From Candidatus Uhrbacteria bacterium (lineage in GTDB: Bacteria; Patescibacteriota; Patescibacteriia; SG8-24): a stretch of DNA of 64,000 nt. The position numbers and the translations under genes were made by a program. Below the pieces are notes generated by a model. That model saw nothing but the letters and a program-made list of their open reading frames with translations. It ran no database searches and had not been told where the DNA came from. Below, in pieces: positions 8,980-18,501 of this stretch (positions are counted from its first letter, which is position 1; each line of letters begins with the position of its first letter). The stretch lies in assembly GCA_016929435.1 (NCBI GenBank), contig JAFGIV010000005.1:23596-87595 (forward strand), in the 5' to 3' direction.

Positions 8980-10521
8980 ATGCCCGCAAAAACCGTATCC
9001 GCGGCGGTCGTCGGACTGACGGCCGTTCCGGTAGAGGTGGAGTCCTCGGTCAGCCTAGGACTGCCGAAATTCCTGGTCGTCGGCCTGCCGGACGCCTCGG
9101 TCCAGGAATCCCGGGAACGGGTTACGGCCGCCGTGAAGAACAGCGGGCTGCCGTTCCCAAAGAACCGGCTGACCGTCAACTTGGCCCCGGCCGACATCCG
9201 GAAGGAGGGACCGTCCTATGACCTGCCCATCGCCGTCTCCATCCTGCTCAAGGGCGGGGCCCTTAAGCAGAAGGATATCGAGGGACGGCTCTTCCTGGGG
9301 GAACTGGCCCTGGACGGTCAGCTCCGTCCGGTGGCCGGCGTTCTCCCCGTCGTCCTGATGGCAATAGAGCAGGGATTCAGTGAAATATATGTCCCGTCCG
9401 GAAACGCCGCTGAAGCCGGTTTGGCCATTCGCGAGCCGAAAATCGCCGACCGGACCAAAATATACCCGGTCACCGACCTGGCAGGATTGGTCCGTCACCT
9501 AAGGGGAAAGGGGAGGATTGAACCGGTCTCCCCGTCCGAAGGCGACACCGAAACAACGGAAAAGGCCGATTCGGATTTCGATTTCGCCAACATCAAGGGA
9601 CAGCACCAGGCCAAACGGGCCCTGGAGATTGCGGCTGCCGGCGGCCACAATATCCTGCTTTCCGGACCGCCGGGAGCGGGAAAGACACTCCTGGCCCGCT
9701 CCCTTCCCGGAATCCTGCCTAAAATGACCTGGGAGGAAACCCTGGAGGTGACCAAGATATACAGCATCGCCGGACTGACCGGGCAGGGACGGGTGATCAC
9801 CCGCCGTCCTTTCCGTTCACCGCACCATACCGCTTCCGGGGCCTCCCTGATCGGCGGCGGCAGTTGGCCCAAGCCGGGTGAGGTCAGCCTGGCCCACCGG
9901 GGAGTGCTTTTCCTGGATGAGTTCCCGGAATTCACCCGCCAGGTACTGGAAAACCTACGCCAGCCGCTGGAGGACGGGTTTGTCACCATTTCCCGGGCGC
10001 AGTGCCGGCTCCGCTTCCCCACAAAGTTCATCCTGGTGGCGGCCCTGAACCCCTGCCCGTGCGGCTATGCCTCGGATCCCGACAGGGAGTGCACCTGCAG
10101 CCCGATGCAGATCGCCAGCTACGGCAAACGCATCTCCGGACCCATGCTGGACCGGATAGATCTCCATCTGGAGGTGCCCAAACTGGGGACCAAGGACATT
10201 TTTCGCGCACAGCCGGCGGAAAGTTCGGAGACTGTCCGCGGGAGGGTTCAGGCTGCCCGCGACCGCCAACAGGCCAGGTTCAACGACGGAAAGACGTTCA
10301 CCAACTCTGAAATGGGGCAGCAGGCCATCCTTCAGCACTGCGGGCTGGACAGGGAGGGGGAGAGGCTGATCGAATCGGCGGTTACCCGCCTGCATCTCTC
10401 GGCCCGCGCCTATTCCCGAATCCTGAAAATCTCCCGAACCATCGCCGACCTGTCCGGTTCGGAAAGGATAGCGGCGGAAAACGTGGCCGAGGCGCTGCAG
10501 TTCAGGGAACGGGGGAAGTGA
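8980..10521 (+). CDS. comM: YifB/ComM family Mg-chelatase-like AAA+ ATPase
   Basis: VGLPDASVQESRER, NLAPADIRKEG, Walker A GPPGAGKT, LFLDEFPEF and NPCPCG motifs. Confidence 0.93.
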   Translation: MPAKTVSAAVVGLTAVPVEVESSVSLGLPKFLVVGLPDASVQESRERVTAAVKNSGLPFPKNRLTVNLAPADIRKEGPSYDLPIAVSILLKGGALKQKDIEGRLFLGELALDGQLRPVAGVLPVVLMAIEQGFSEIYVPSGNAAEAGLAIREPKIADRTKIYPVTDLAGLVRHLRGKGRIEPVSPSEGDTETTEKADSDFDFANIKGQHQAKRALEIAAAGGHNILLSGPPGAGKTLLARSLPGILPKMTWEETLEVTKIYSIAGLTGQGRVITRRPFRSPHHTASGASLIGGGSWPKPGEVSLAHRGVLFLDEFPEFTRQVLENLRQPLEDGFVTISRAQCRLRFPTKFILVAALNPCPCGYASDPDRECTCSPMQIASYGKRISGPMLDRIDLHLEVPKLGTKDIFRAQPAESSETVRGRVQAARDRQQARFNDGKTFTNSEMGQQAILQHCGLDREGERLIESAVTRLHLSARAYSRILKISRTIADLSGSERIAAENVAEALQFRERGK

Positions 10522-10550
10522 ACGCCTCTTTTAGCCCCGTCTCCTGAATC

Positions 10551-10579
10551 TTGATAAAACCTTCAAAACATGTTATGGT
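10551..10579 (+). promoter_or_regulatory. Promoter of the tRNA-like gene
   Basis: TTGATA-17 bp-TATGGT with extended -10 TG. Expected +1 is near 10586. Confidence 0.5.
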
Positions 10580-10585
10580 CTCAGC

Positions 10586-10675
10586 GGCAATGGTCGACAT
10601 AAGGGAGATGGTCTCGCCCTCCAGGGTGGTGTCGACAACCGAAGGGTTTCGGGTTCGAATCCCCCGTTGCCGCCA
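10586..10675 (+). ncRNA. Non-canonical tRNA-like RNA (8-bp acceptor, 3-bp T stem, GCCA end)
   Basis: GGCAATGG/CCGTTGCC acceptor stem, GGG-TTCGAAT-CCC T arm, G discriminator plus CCA. No canonical D arm or 7-nt anticodon loop. Confidence 0.7.
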
Positions 10676-10698
10676 GGCACATCGACAATCGCCGACCT

Positions 10699-10731
10699 AA
10701 AAGCCCCAGGCTGAACCAGGGGCTTTTTTTT
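10699..10731 (+). terminator. Intrinsic terminator, probably bidirectional
   Basis: AAAAGCCCC...GGGGCTTTTTTTT. Confidence 0.75.
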
Positions 10732-10750
10732 GGCGAGTGTCCGGTATAAC

Positions 10751-12133
10751 CTACCGGATGTAGTTAAGCGGGTTGACCCGGTTATAGACCGAGCCGACCG
10801 CCACCTCAAAGTGGATGTGCGGGCCGGTAGACCGGCCGGTTGATCCCATTAGGGCGATGGTGTCCCCGCGATTTACCTGGTCCCCCTTCCGGACCAGCAG
10901 TTGGGTGGCATGGGCATATCGGGTGAAGAGCCCGCCCCCGTGGTCAACCAGGACCATGTTCCCGTATCCGCCGCTGTTCCATCCGGAGAATATTACGGTT
11001 CCGCTTTCCGCGGCATAGAGGGGCGTGCGCATCGGTCCGGCGATATCCAGGCCGTTATGGAGACGCGTGTAGTATTGGGTGATGCGCCTGGCCGATGTCG
11101 GCCAAAGGAGTTTGGTGTCGGGCGAAAGGTCCGGGGCGGAGGCAGTCACCGGACTTGCGCTTACCGAAGCGTATCTGGTGACCGGCTTCGGTGCCGGAGG
11201 GGGGGCCGGCAACTTACCCCCGGGAACGGCCAACACCATCCCAACCGCCAGGTCATTCGGGGAAATCCCGTTGATCTCCGCTATGCTTTCCGGTTCGGCT
11301 CCGTATTTGGCGGCCAAACTGTTGACGGTATCCCCGGACCTGACCGTGTGGATCACCCCATCAACGGGGGGGATCGACATCTTCCGCCCAATCCCCAGAA
11401 CAGACCGGGAACCCAACCCGTTGCATTCCAAAACGGTCTTGGTGGACAGTCCAAACTTTCGGGCAATCGATTCGGCATTGTCCCCCGACTCCACGACATA
11501 CTCGACTATCCTGGTCCTGGTCCTGACCGTCTCGGTTTCAGCGGTCGTCCCGTCAGCTTCCGGAATGTTGCGCAGCGCACTTATGGCCGTGTTGCCGTAT
11601 CCGTAGTAATACCCGGATGCACTGTCTTCTTCGGCAACCAGACCGCCGTCAATACCCTGCCCGGCGTAGAAATCACGGATGTCCACGGCCTGTCCGTCCA
11701 GGTATCCGGCATCGCTGGATATCCCCGGGTCGTAATCGGCCTCCTCCAAAAGCAGCTCATCCTCCAGCCCCACCGTCATCTTCATCATCAGGTTGTGGTG
11801 TTCGTCAACCCCACCGACCGGTTCGGTGACCGCACTGGCGTAGATGTTGGTTCCGGTCACCAGGAACACGAACAGGAATATCACTGTCCCAAACAGGTAC
11901 CTGTGGGAAAAAATCCTGCCCACCTGCCCCTGACCGGACAGGTTATCAAGGAAAATTTTCCTTAACCTTAAGTGAACCTGGTACGCATTAACCAGCAATG
12001 GGCAGAAAAACACTTTCCATAGCCAAAATAACGGATTTTTCAACAAAAGCGCCAAAAGGGTTAACCCCCTCCTTAAGGCAACTAACCCCCCAAAAAACCA
12101 CAGCAGTATCCTTATTCCTATTTTTTTGGCCAA
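10751..12133 (-). CDS. LysM-domain M23 family metallopeptidase (peptidoglycan hydrolase)
   Basis: TM segment, two LysM domains (YVVESGD, HTVRSGD), then HNGLDI...YAH...GSTGRSTGPHIHFE. Confidence 0.92.
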   Translation of the reverse strand: MAKKIGIRILLWFFGGLVALRRGLTLLALLLKNPLFWLWKVFFCPLLVNAYQVHLRLRKIFLDNLSGQGQVGRIFSHRYLFGTVIFLFVFLVTGTNIYASAVTEPVGGVDEHHNLMMKMTVGLEDELLLEEADYDPGISSDAGYLDGQAVDIRDFYAGQGIDGGLVAEEDSASGYYYGYGNTAISALRNIPEADGTTAETETVRTRTRIVEYVVESGDNAESIARKFGLSTKTVLECNGLGSRSVLGIGRKMSIPPVDGVIHTVRSGDTVNSLAAKYGAEPESIAEINGISPNDLAVGMVLAVPGGKLPAPPPAPKPVTRYASVSASPVTASAPDLSPDTKLLWPTSARRITQYYTRLHNGLDIAGPMRTPLYAAESGTVIFSGWNSGGYGNMVLVDHGGGLFTRYAHATQLLVRKGDQVNRGDTIALMGSTGRSTGPHIHFEVAVGSVYNRVNPLNYIR

Positions 12134-12374
12134 AAGAGGTATATGGTTACCTTAAAATTTAGCTTAACGTAGATAAAATAACCTTTTGCTGATAACCGGC
12201 CCACATGGCTATTGTATCCCCTGCACCGCAATCAGGTCAAAGGAATTATATACATAATAGCGGCAATGTGGCAATATCCCCCTTCCCGGCAATTGACAGA
12301 CCAAACTCCTTACCTTTATATTTCCATTAAGGAACGGGTGGAATTTTTTATTTTTAACGGAAAAAGACTGACGT

Positions 12375-14384
12375 ATGTCCTATCCCCTAACGATAGCGAT
12401 CGTCGCCTCCGGGCTGGCCATCGCCTATGGGGCGCTTCTCATCCGGTGGGTACTGTCGAAACCCCAGGGTGACGAAAAAATGCGCTCCATCGCCAAAGCC
12501 ATCCAGGAAGGCGCCTCCGCCTACCTGATGAGGCAAAACAAGACCGCCGCCGTGGTGGCGGTTGTCCTGTTCCTGCTGATCGGTTGGCAATTGGCCTGGG
12601 TTACGGCCTTCGGCTTCCTTATTGGGGCAATCCTTTCGGGATTGGCCGGATTCATCGGCATGCAGGTTTCGGTCCGGGCCAATGTCCGCACCACGGAAGC
12701 CGCCAAATCCGGTCTTGGCAGTGCCCTGACCATGGCTTTCCGCGGCGGCACCGTAACCGGCATGTTCGTAGTCGGGCTTGGCCTTTTGGGGGTCACGGTT
12801 TTCTATGCGGTAACGAAGGACATCGGCGCCCTGATCGGACTCGGTTTCGGCGGATCCCTGGTCTCCATCTTTGCCCGACTGGGGGGCGGCATCTTCACCA
12901 AGGCCGCCGATGTGGGGGCTGACCTGGTCGGTAAGGTAGAGGCGGGCATTCCGGAGGATGACCCGCGAAACCCGGCCGTCATTGCCGACAACGTCGGGGA
13001 TAACGTCGGCGACTGCGCCGGAATGGCCGCTGACCTGTTCGAAACCTATGCGGTCACGGCCGTAGCCGCAATGCTTCTCGGTTCACTGGTCTTCGTCGGC
13101 AACGAAAACGCCGTCACCTACCCGCTGGCCCTGGGGGGCGTCTCCATCCTGGCTTCCGTTGTGGGCAGCCTGTTCGTCCGGCTGGGAACGAAAAAAAACA
13201 TCATGGGAGCCCTCTACAAGGGGCTGATCGCCGCGGGCATGGTGGCTGCCGTCCTGTTTTACCCGGTGACATCGTGGCTTATGGCCGAAAACGGCCTCTA
13301 TACGGTCACGTCCATCTATCTGGCCTCCCTGGTCGGCATCCTCGTTACGGCCGCCATTGTCCTCATTACCGAATACTACACCGGCACCAAATGGAAGCCG
13401 GTCCGTTCCATTGCCAAGGCCTCTGAAACCGGCCACGGCACCAACATCATAGCCGGACTGGCCGTATCGATGAAATCCACCGCCTGGCCTGTCGTGGCCA
13501 TTGCCGTCGGCATTGCCGCCGCCTATGCCCTGGCAGAGGAGTTCGGCGTGGCCATCGCCTCCATGTCCATGCTTTCCCTTACCGGAATCATCGTGGCCAT
13601 CGACTCCTTCGGCCCGATCACCGACAACGCCGGAGGGATCGCCGAAATGTCCGAATTGCCGGAAAGCGTCCGTAACGTAACCGATCCCCTTGACGCCGTA
13701 GGAAACACCACCAAGGCCGTTACCAAGGGCTATGCCATCGGTTCGGCCGGATTGGCGGCCGTGGTCCTCTTTTCGGACTATACCCATGCCCTATCCGAAA
13801 CCACGGGTAGGAATTTCGTGTTTTCCCTGTCTGACCACAAGGTCCTGATCGGTCTGTTCATCGGCGGGCTGATAACCTACCTGTTCGGGTCAATCGCCAT
13901 GGAATCGGTTGGGAGAGCCGCCGGTTCGGTGGTGGAGGAGGTCCGCCGGCAGTTCCGGGAAATCAAGGGAATCATGGAGGGACAGGCCAAACCCGACTAT
14001 GCCGCCTGCGTGGACATCGTCACCAAGGCGGCCCTCAGGGAAATGGTCGTACCGGCACTCCTGCCTGTAGCCGCCCCGATAGTGGTCGGGGTGATCCTGA
14101 AAAACCAGCTTGGTCCGGAGGCCTTGGGCGGCATGCTGGTCGGCGCCATCGTCACAGGACTGTTCATGGCCATCTCAATGACCACCGGAGGGGCGGCCTG
14201 GGACAACGCCAAAAAGTACATAGAGACGGGTGCCCACGGCGGCAAACGCTCCCTGGCTCACCAGGCTGCCGTTACTGGGGATACGGTCGGCGACCCCTAC
14301 AAGGATACCGCCGGACCGGCCATTAACCCGATGATCAAGATACTGAATATCGTTGCCCTTCTTATAGTCGGGCTGATGGTCTGA
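12375..14384 (+). CDS. hppA: Membrane-bound proton-translocating pyrophosphatase, predicted K+-independent
   Basis: [36 protein letters not shown] and [10 protein letters not shown] motifs. Confidence 0.96.
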   Translation: MSYPLTIAIVASGLAIAYGALLIRWVLSKPQGDEKMRSIAKAIQEGASAYLMRQNKTAAVVAVVLFLLIGWQLAWVTAFGFLIGAILSGLAGFIGMQVSVRANVRTTEAAKSGLGSALTMAFRGGTVTGMFVVGLGLLGVTVFYAVTKDIGALIGLGFGGSLVSIFARLGGGIFTKAADVGADLVGKVEAGIPEDDPRNPAVIADNVGDNVGDCAGMAADLFETYAVTAVAAMLLGSLVFVGNENAVTYPLALGGVSILASVVGSLFVRLGTKKNIMGALYKGLIAAGMVAAVLFYPVTSWLMAENGLYTVTSIYLASLVGILVTAAIVLITEYYTGTKWKPVRSIAKASETGHGTNIIAGLAVSMKSTAWPVVAIAVGIAAAYALAEEFGVAIASMSMLSLTGIIVAIDSFGPITDNAGGIAEMSELPESVRNVTDPLDAVGNTTKAVTKGYAIGSAGLAAVVLFSDYTHALSETTGRNFVFSLSDHKVLIGLFIGGLITYLFGSIAMESVGRAAGSVVEEVRRQFREIKGIMEGQAKPDYAACVDIVTKAALREMVVPALLPVAAPIVVGVILKNQLGPEALGGMLVGAIVTGLFMAISMTTGGAAWDNAKKYIETGAHGGKRSLAHQAAVTGDTVGDPYKDTAGPAINPMIKILNIVALLIVGLMV

Positions 14385-14406
14385 TTGGAAACTTGGGGAT
14401 TCGGAC

Positions 14407-14443
14407 AGGGCACTGCCCCAATGCGGGGCAGTGCCCTTTGTTT
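14407..14443 (+). terminator. Intrinsic terminator after hppA
   Basis: AGGGCACTGCCCC-AATGC-GGGGCAGTGCCCT followed by a T-rich tail. Confidence 0.75.
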
Positions 14444-14490
14444 AAAAAAAACGCTTCGGTTGAATCCACCGAAGCGTCACGTGCATTGCG

Positions 14491-14796
14491 TCAGGCCCTC
14501 AGAAAACCCTCGATTTCCGACCTGGCCGATTTGGTAAGCCTATATGAGGCCTCGCAACAGCCCTCCACTTCCTCCACGGCCCCTATGGCATAAAGGGCCC
14601 CAACGGCCACTAACACCCCCAACCTGTCGAGGAAACCCAAGTCACCGATCAGGAAACCCACCCCCACAACCATTTCCGTGATCACCACCGGTCTTGACAG
14701 GGTGAACATGACGGTTGCCACCGCAACGATCACCGGTTCTCCGGAATCGTCCGAAAAAAAACTGCTGAGTATTTTCTTATTTAACCTGTTTCCCAT
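14491..14796 (-). CDS. Small hypothetical membrane protein
   Basis: ATG at 14796 with a purine-rich RBS, hydrophobic segments, and a downstream hairpin plus T tract on the minus strand. Confidence 0.4.
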   Translation of the reverse strand: MGNRLNKKILSSFFSDDSGEPVIVAVATVMFTLSRPVVITEMVVGVGFLIGDLGFLDRLGVLVAVGALYAIGAVEEVEGCCEASYRLTKSARSEIEGFLRA

Positions 14797-14935
14797 CCAG
14801 ATCCCTTTCCTTTCCCGTATTCCCAAACGCTTTTCATAAAACCTACCAATTCTTGGCAATATCGTAAAGGGACGGGTTTTGACACGGCGGTGGTTTTCGG
14901 CTAAAATCCGAAAACAGTACTCATAAGAGCAAACT

Positions 14936-16222
14936 ATGGAAATCACCGTCAAAAAACTGCCGGGAAGCCTGGTGGAAATATCCGTGGAAATCAACCCGGA
15001 AGACGCCAGGCCCCACCTGGAATCGGCTGCCGCCCGCCTTTCCAAGGAAAGGCCCATCGACGGTTTTCGGCCGGGCCACGCCCCATACGAATCGGTTGTC
15101 CGGGCCTATGGGGACATGGCGATCCACGAAACGGCCCTACAGACGGCTGTCGTCAAGACCTACGCCAAGGCCGTAACGGACAACGGGATCCAGACATACG
15201 GCGAGCCGAAAATCGAGGTGAAAAAACTGGTTCCGGGTGAGGGGATTGCCTTCACGGCCACCGTGGCCGTCGTACCCAAGGTAACGGGTCTGGCTGACCT
15301 GAAAAAGATCAGCGTAAGAAAAGAGCCCAAAAAGGTAGGGGACAGTGACGTGGACAGGGCAATCAACGAACTGTGCCGGATGCGGACCAAGGAATCGGCC
15401 GTCAGCCGTCCGGTCGAGTCCAAGGACAAGGTTGTGGTCGACATGGACATGAAGGTGGACGGTGTCCCGATAGAGGGGGGACAGGCCAGGAACCACGGCA
15501 TCTATCTTGACGAGGAATACTACGTGCCCGGACTGAAGGAAAAACTGATCGGATCCGAACCAGAACAGACCCTGGTTTTTAACCTGCCGTTCCCAAAGGA
15601 CCATTTCCAGAAGACGCTGGCCGGAAAGGATGTCGAGTTTACCGTAACCGTCCGGCAGGTCTTCCGGCTGGAGCCTCCGGCCGCTGATGACGAACTGGCC
15701 AAATCGCTTGGCCAGGAATCGATGTCCAAACTCAGGGAACTGATTGCGGAAAACATGGGAAGGGAGGCGGAAGAGACGGCCCGCAGGCAGGCCCAGGAGA
15801 AGGTTATTGACCTGATGCTGGAAAAAACCGGGTTCGAGGACATCCCCGACATCATGGTCAACCAGGAGGTTCACAACATGATCCACGAGTTGGAACACGA
15901 CCTTTCCCATAGGGGACTGGACATGGATCGGTACCTGGAAAGCATCGGAAGGAGTCTTGGCCAACTCAAGCTGGATTTCGCTGCCAACGCCCTGAAGAGG
16001 GTAAAGGTCGCCCTGATGATGAGGGCGATCGGGGACAGTCAGGGTACGGCGGTCAGCGATGCGGAGGTGCTGGAAGAGCAGGGGAAACTGGTCAACCGTT
16101 ATGCCAATGACCCAGAGGCACAGGAACGGGTCAGGGGTGATGACTTCGCGGATTACCTGAGGGCCAATATCCGCAACCGAAAGATAATGGAATATCTGAC
16201 GGAAAACGCCGTCATTGACTGA
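14936..16222 (+). CDS. tig: Trigger factor
   Basis: IDGFRPGHAP ribosome-binding motif, FKBP-like domain and LAGKDVEF. Confidence 0.95.
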   Translation: MEITVKKLPGSLVEISVEINPEDARPHLESAAARLSKERPIDGFRPGHAPYESVVRAYGDMAIHETALQTAVVKTYAKAVTDNGIQTYGEPKIEVKKLVPGEGIAFTATVAVVPKVTGLADLKKISVRKEPKKVGDSDVDRAINELCRMRTKESAVSRPVESKDKVVVDMDMKVDGVPIEGGQARNHGIYLDEEYYVPGLKEKLIGSEPEQTLVFNLPFPKDHFQKTLAGKDVEFTVTVRQVFRLEPPAADDELAKSLGQESMSKLRELIAENMGREAEETARRQAQEKVIDLMLEKTGFEDIPDIMVNQEVHNMIHELEHDLSHRGLDMDRYLESIGRSLGQLKLDFAANALKRVKVALMMRAIGDSQGTAVSDAEVLEEQGKLVNRYANDPEAQERVRGDDFADYLRANIRNRKIMEYLTENAVID

Positions 16223-16311
16223 AACGAAAACTTACCCGGGAAGGGCCGTTCCGCTATAATAGGAACGGCTTTTCCGTTGGCCGATCGGGCCGCCCCTAAG
16301 AAGATAAAACC

Positions 16312-17175
16312 ATGCCACTGCTCGGTGCCCACGTCTCCGCCTCCGGCGGCCTTTATAGGGCCGCGGAAGAGGCTGCCGCCCTTAAGCTGGACTCGTTCCA
16401 GTTCTTTACCCGTCCGCCACAGACCGGAAGGGCCCCGGAAATATCCGAACTGGAGGCGGAAAAATTCCTGTCCTCCTGCGGCAAACACGGACTGAAAACC
16501 TGGCATGTCCATGCCCCATACGTCATCAACCTGGCTTCTCCAGAGGGACGGATTCGCGGAAACTCCATACGCCTGCTGCGGGAAGAACTGGAAAGGGCCG
16601 ATAGGCTGAAAAGCCGATCGGTCATTGCCCATGTCGGAAGTGCCGCAGGAAACGACCGGGAAACCGGAATGGGTATGGTTATTGACGGCATCAGGGACAT
16701 TTTGAGAGGTTACGGCGGCAATGCCCTGTTTGCCGTTGAGACGACCGCCGGATCGGGCCACACCCTCTGTTCCTCCTTTGGTGAGATTGCCATGATCCTG
16801 AGGGAAATCGACAGCCAAAAACTGGCGGTTTGCCTGGATACGGCCCATGTGTTTGCGGCCGGATACGGCCTGGAAACCCAAGAGGAGGCCTCAAAGACAC
16901 TGGGGGAGTTTGACGGGACCGTAGGAATAAAAAACCTGATTGCCGTTCACCTCAACGACTCCAGAGTAGGAAGGGGAAGCAGGCGGGACCGCCACGAACA
17001 CCTCGGTTACGGAAAGATAGGTTCGGAAGGGCTTTTTAGCCTGCTGAACCACAGGAGCCTGAAGGATGTTGATTTCATAATGGAGACTCCGAACGATGCA
17101 CGGCGGAAGGAGGACATTGCCACAGCCCGCCGCTGGCTGTCGGGGGAAATGTTTTTCCCTATTAAAAAAACATGA
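16312..17175 (+). CDS. nfo: Endonuclease IV (AP endonuclease 2)
   Basis: LGAHVS, HAPYVINLAS, CLDTAH, HLNDS, DRHEHLG and ETP motifs. Confidence 0.95.
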   Translation: MPLLGAHVSASGGLYRAAEEAAALKLDSFQFFTRPPQTGRAPEISELEAEKFLSSCGKHGLKTWHVHAPYVINLASPEGRIRGNSIRLLREELERADRLKSRSVIAHVGSAAGNDRETGMGMVIDGIRDILRGYGGNALFAVETTAGSGHTLCSSFGEIAMILREIDSQKLAVCLDTAHVFAAGYGLETQEEASKTLGEFDGTVGIKNLIAVHLNDSRVGRGSRRDRHEHLGYGKIGSEGLFSLLNHRSLKDVDFIMETPNDARRKEDIATARRWLSGEMFFPIKKT

Positions 17176-17405
17176 AATACGTTACCGTTTCCGCCAAAGT
17201 CAAGACCCACGCCAAAACCCGCGGTTTGGAGGTTGACGAGCGGGGAATCTACCAGATAAAGACACCCTTGGCTCCGGATAGGGGAAAGGCCAACGGTGAC
17301 GTCATCGGCATCATAGCCGAACATTTCAAGACCAGTCGGGGATGCGTAACGATCGTCAGCGGCCAGACCAGCAACCGCAAGCTGATAAAGGTGCTGGTGC
17401 CGTAA
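17172..17405 (+). CDS. DUF167/YggU family protein
   Basis: AP..GKAN...I...F......IVSGQTSNRK pattern. Confidence 0.8.
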   Translation: MKYVTVSAKVKTHAKTRGLEVDERGIYQIKTPLAPDRGKANGDVIGIIAEHFKTSRGCVTIVSGQTSNRKLIKVLVP

Positions 17406-17421
17406 CCGCAACCCCAAATCC

Positions 17422-17685
17422 CTAAACCGGGTCGTTTCCGCCCCTGTTCCACGGATTACACCGCAACAGGCGACGAAAACCGAGGTAACATCCCCGCAGG
17501 ATCCCGTGCCTGACTATGGCCTGATATGCGTATTCCGAACAGGTAGGCCTAAAGCGACAGCAACCGAAAGGGAAAAGAAACCGGAAAATTCCGCTATCTG
17601 GGGATAAGACCCGCTGGTATACCCTAATTGTCCACAGGACAGGTTTTTTGGGGATATCCATTAAGTTTTCCAGTTTCTTTTTCAT
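17422..17685 (-). CDS. yidD: Membrane protein insertion efficiency factor
   Basis: YQ..LSP, CRFRPTCSEYA and RLLRCNPW..GG.DPV motifs, syntenic with rnpA. Confidence 0.93.
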   Translation of the reverse strand: MKKKLENLMDIPKKPVLWTIRVYQRVLSPDSGIFRFLFPFGCCRFRPTCSEYAYQAIVRHGILRGCYLGFRRLLRCNPWNRGGNDPV

Positions 17686-18023
17686 ACCAACAGGTTGGCC
17701 TTTTTCAGCAGACCATAAACCAAAACGGATAATTCATCAAAATTTAGCCCTAAAACCTTCTTATCAGCGACAAATACGCAATCAAAACCCTGCCTTATTT
17801 CCCCAACCCTGGCCCTGACCATTTCCCTCATCTGTCTCTGGAGGCGATTGCGGACCACGGCCCTCTTATCCACCTTAGTCCCCACCGTAAACCCAAAACG
17901 GCTGTCACCCAAACCGTTCTGGACAACCACGATCCTAAGCCCGGGGACAAAAAAACGCCTTCCCCTGCGGAAAATTCGACGAAAGTCACGTTCAGCGGTC
18001 AGGCGGTTCTTTCTGTTCAACAT
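17682..18023 (-). CDS. rnpA: Ribonuclease P protein component
   Basis: RL....DF, RFGFTVG.KV.KRAVVRNRLQR (RNR motif). Confidence 0.93.
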   Translation of the reverse strand: MLNRKNRLTAERDFRRIFRRGRRFFVPGLRIVVVQNGLGDSRFGFTVGTKVDKRAVVRNRLQRQMREMVRARVGEIRQGFDCVFVADKKVLGLNFDELSVLVYGLLKKANLLV

Positions 18024-18103
18024 ACCTGTATTTTAACCTAATTTTAGATACAAGAAAAACCGCGTTTCAGTGCGGTTTTCCGACTTCAGGATGATGGATG
18101 GGG

Positions 18104-18253
18104 TTATTCTTCAGAAACGGTCAGTTTCTTGCGTCCCTTCGCCCGCCGCCTTTTCAGAATATTACGCCCGGTTGGGGAACTCATCCGGTTTCGAAAACCA
18201 TGTGTCTTCGCCCTTTTTCTCTTTTTCGGCTGGTATGTTCTCTTGGTGGACAT
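18104..18253 (-). CDS. rpmH: 50S ribosomal protein L34 (absent from the ORF track, <60 aa)
   Basis: Manual translation gives [49 protein letters not shown]. Confidence 0.96.
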   Translation of the reverse strand: MSTKRTYQPKKRKRAKTHGFRNRMSSPTGRNILKRRRAKGRKKLTVSEE

Positions 18254-18374
18254 AATTACGCATAATTAAACCGTGCGGTTGGATTGTGCCACAAACCAAA
18301 ACGAAACGCAACCCCCTTGACGGTTATCGGTGTTTTGGTGTGGTGTAGTCTGTGGGTACCGGGATCGGTTGGGT

Positions 18375-18430
18375 TTATTCACAAACCTTACACAGGTTAT
18401 GAACAAATTCACCCTTTCCAAATATCCACA
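18375..18430. promoter_or_regulatory. DnaA boxes upstream of dnaA (autoregulation or part of oriC)
   Basis: TTATTCACA (18375), TTATGAACA (18397) and ATATCCACA (18422). Confidence 0.6.
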
Positions 18431-18501
18431 GGTGTTTTAAACTACCTGAAGCCTCCATTCGGGGCTGGATATCCGGTTTTATTCCTATAGACTATTGAGG
18501 T

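Noticed and set aside
10586-10675. Standard tRNA-Trp, tRNA-Sec or tmRNA
   Set aside because: No 7-nt anticodon loop on a 5-bp stem, no UCA anticodon, no G3-U70 pair and no tag ORF
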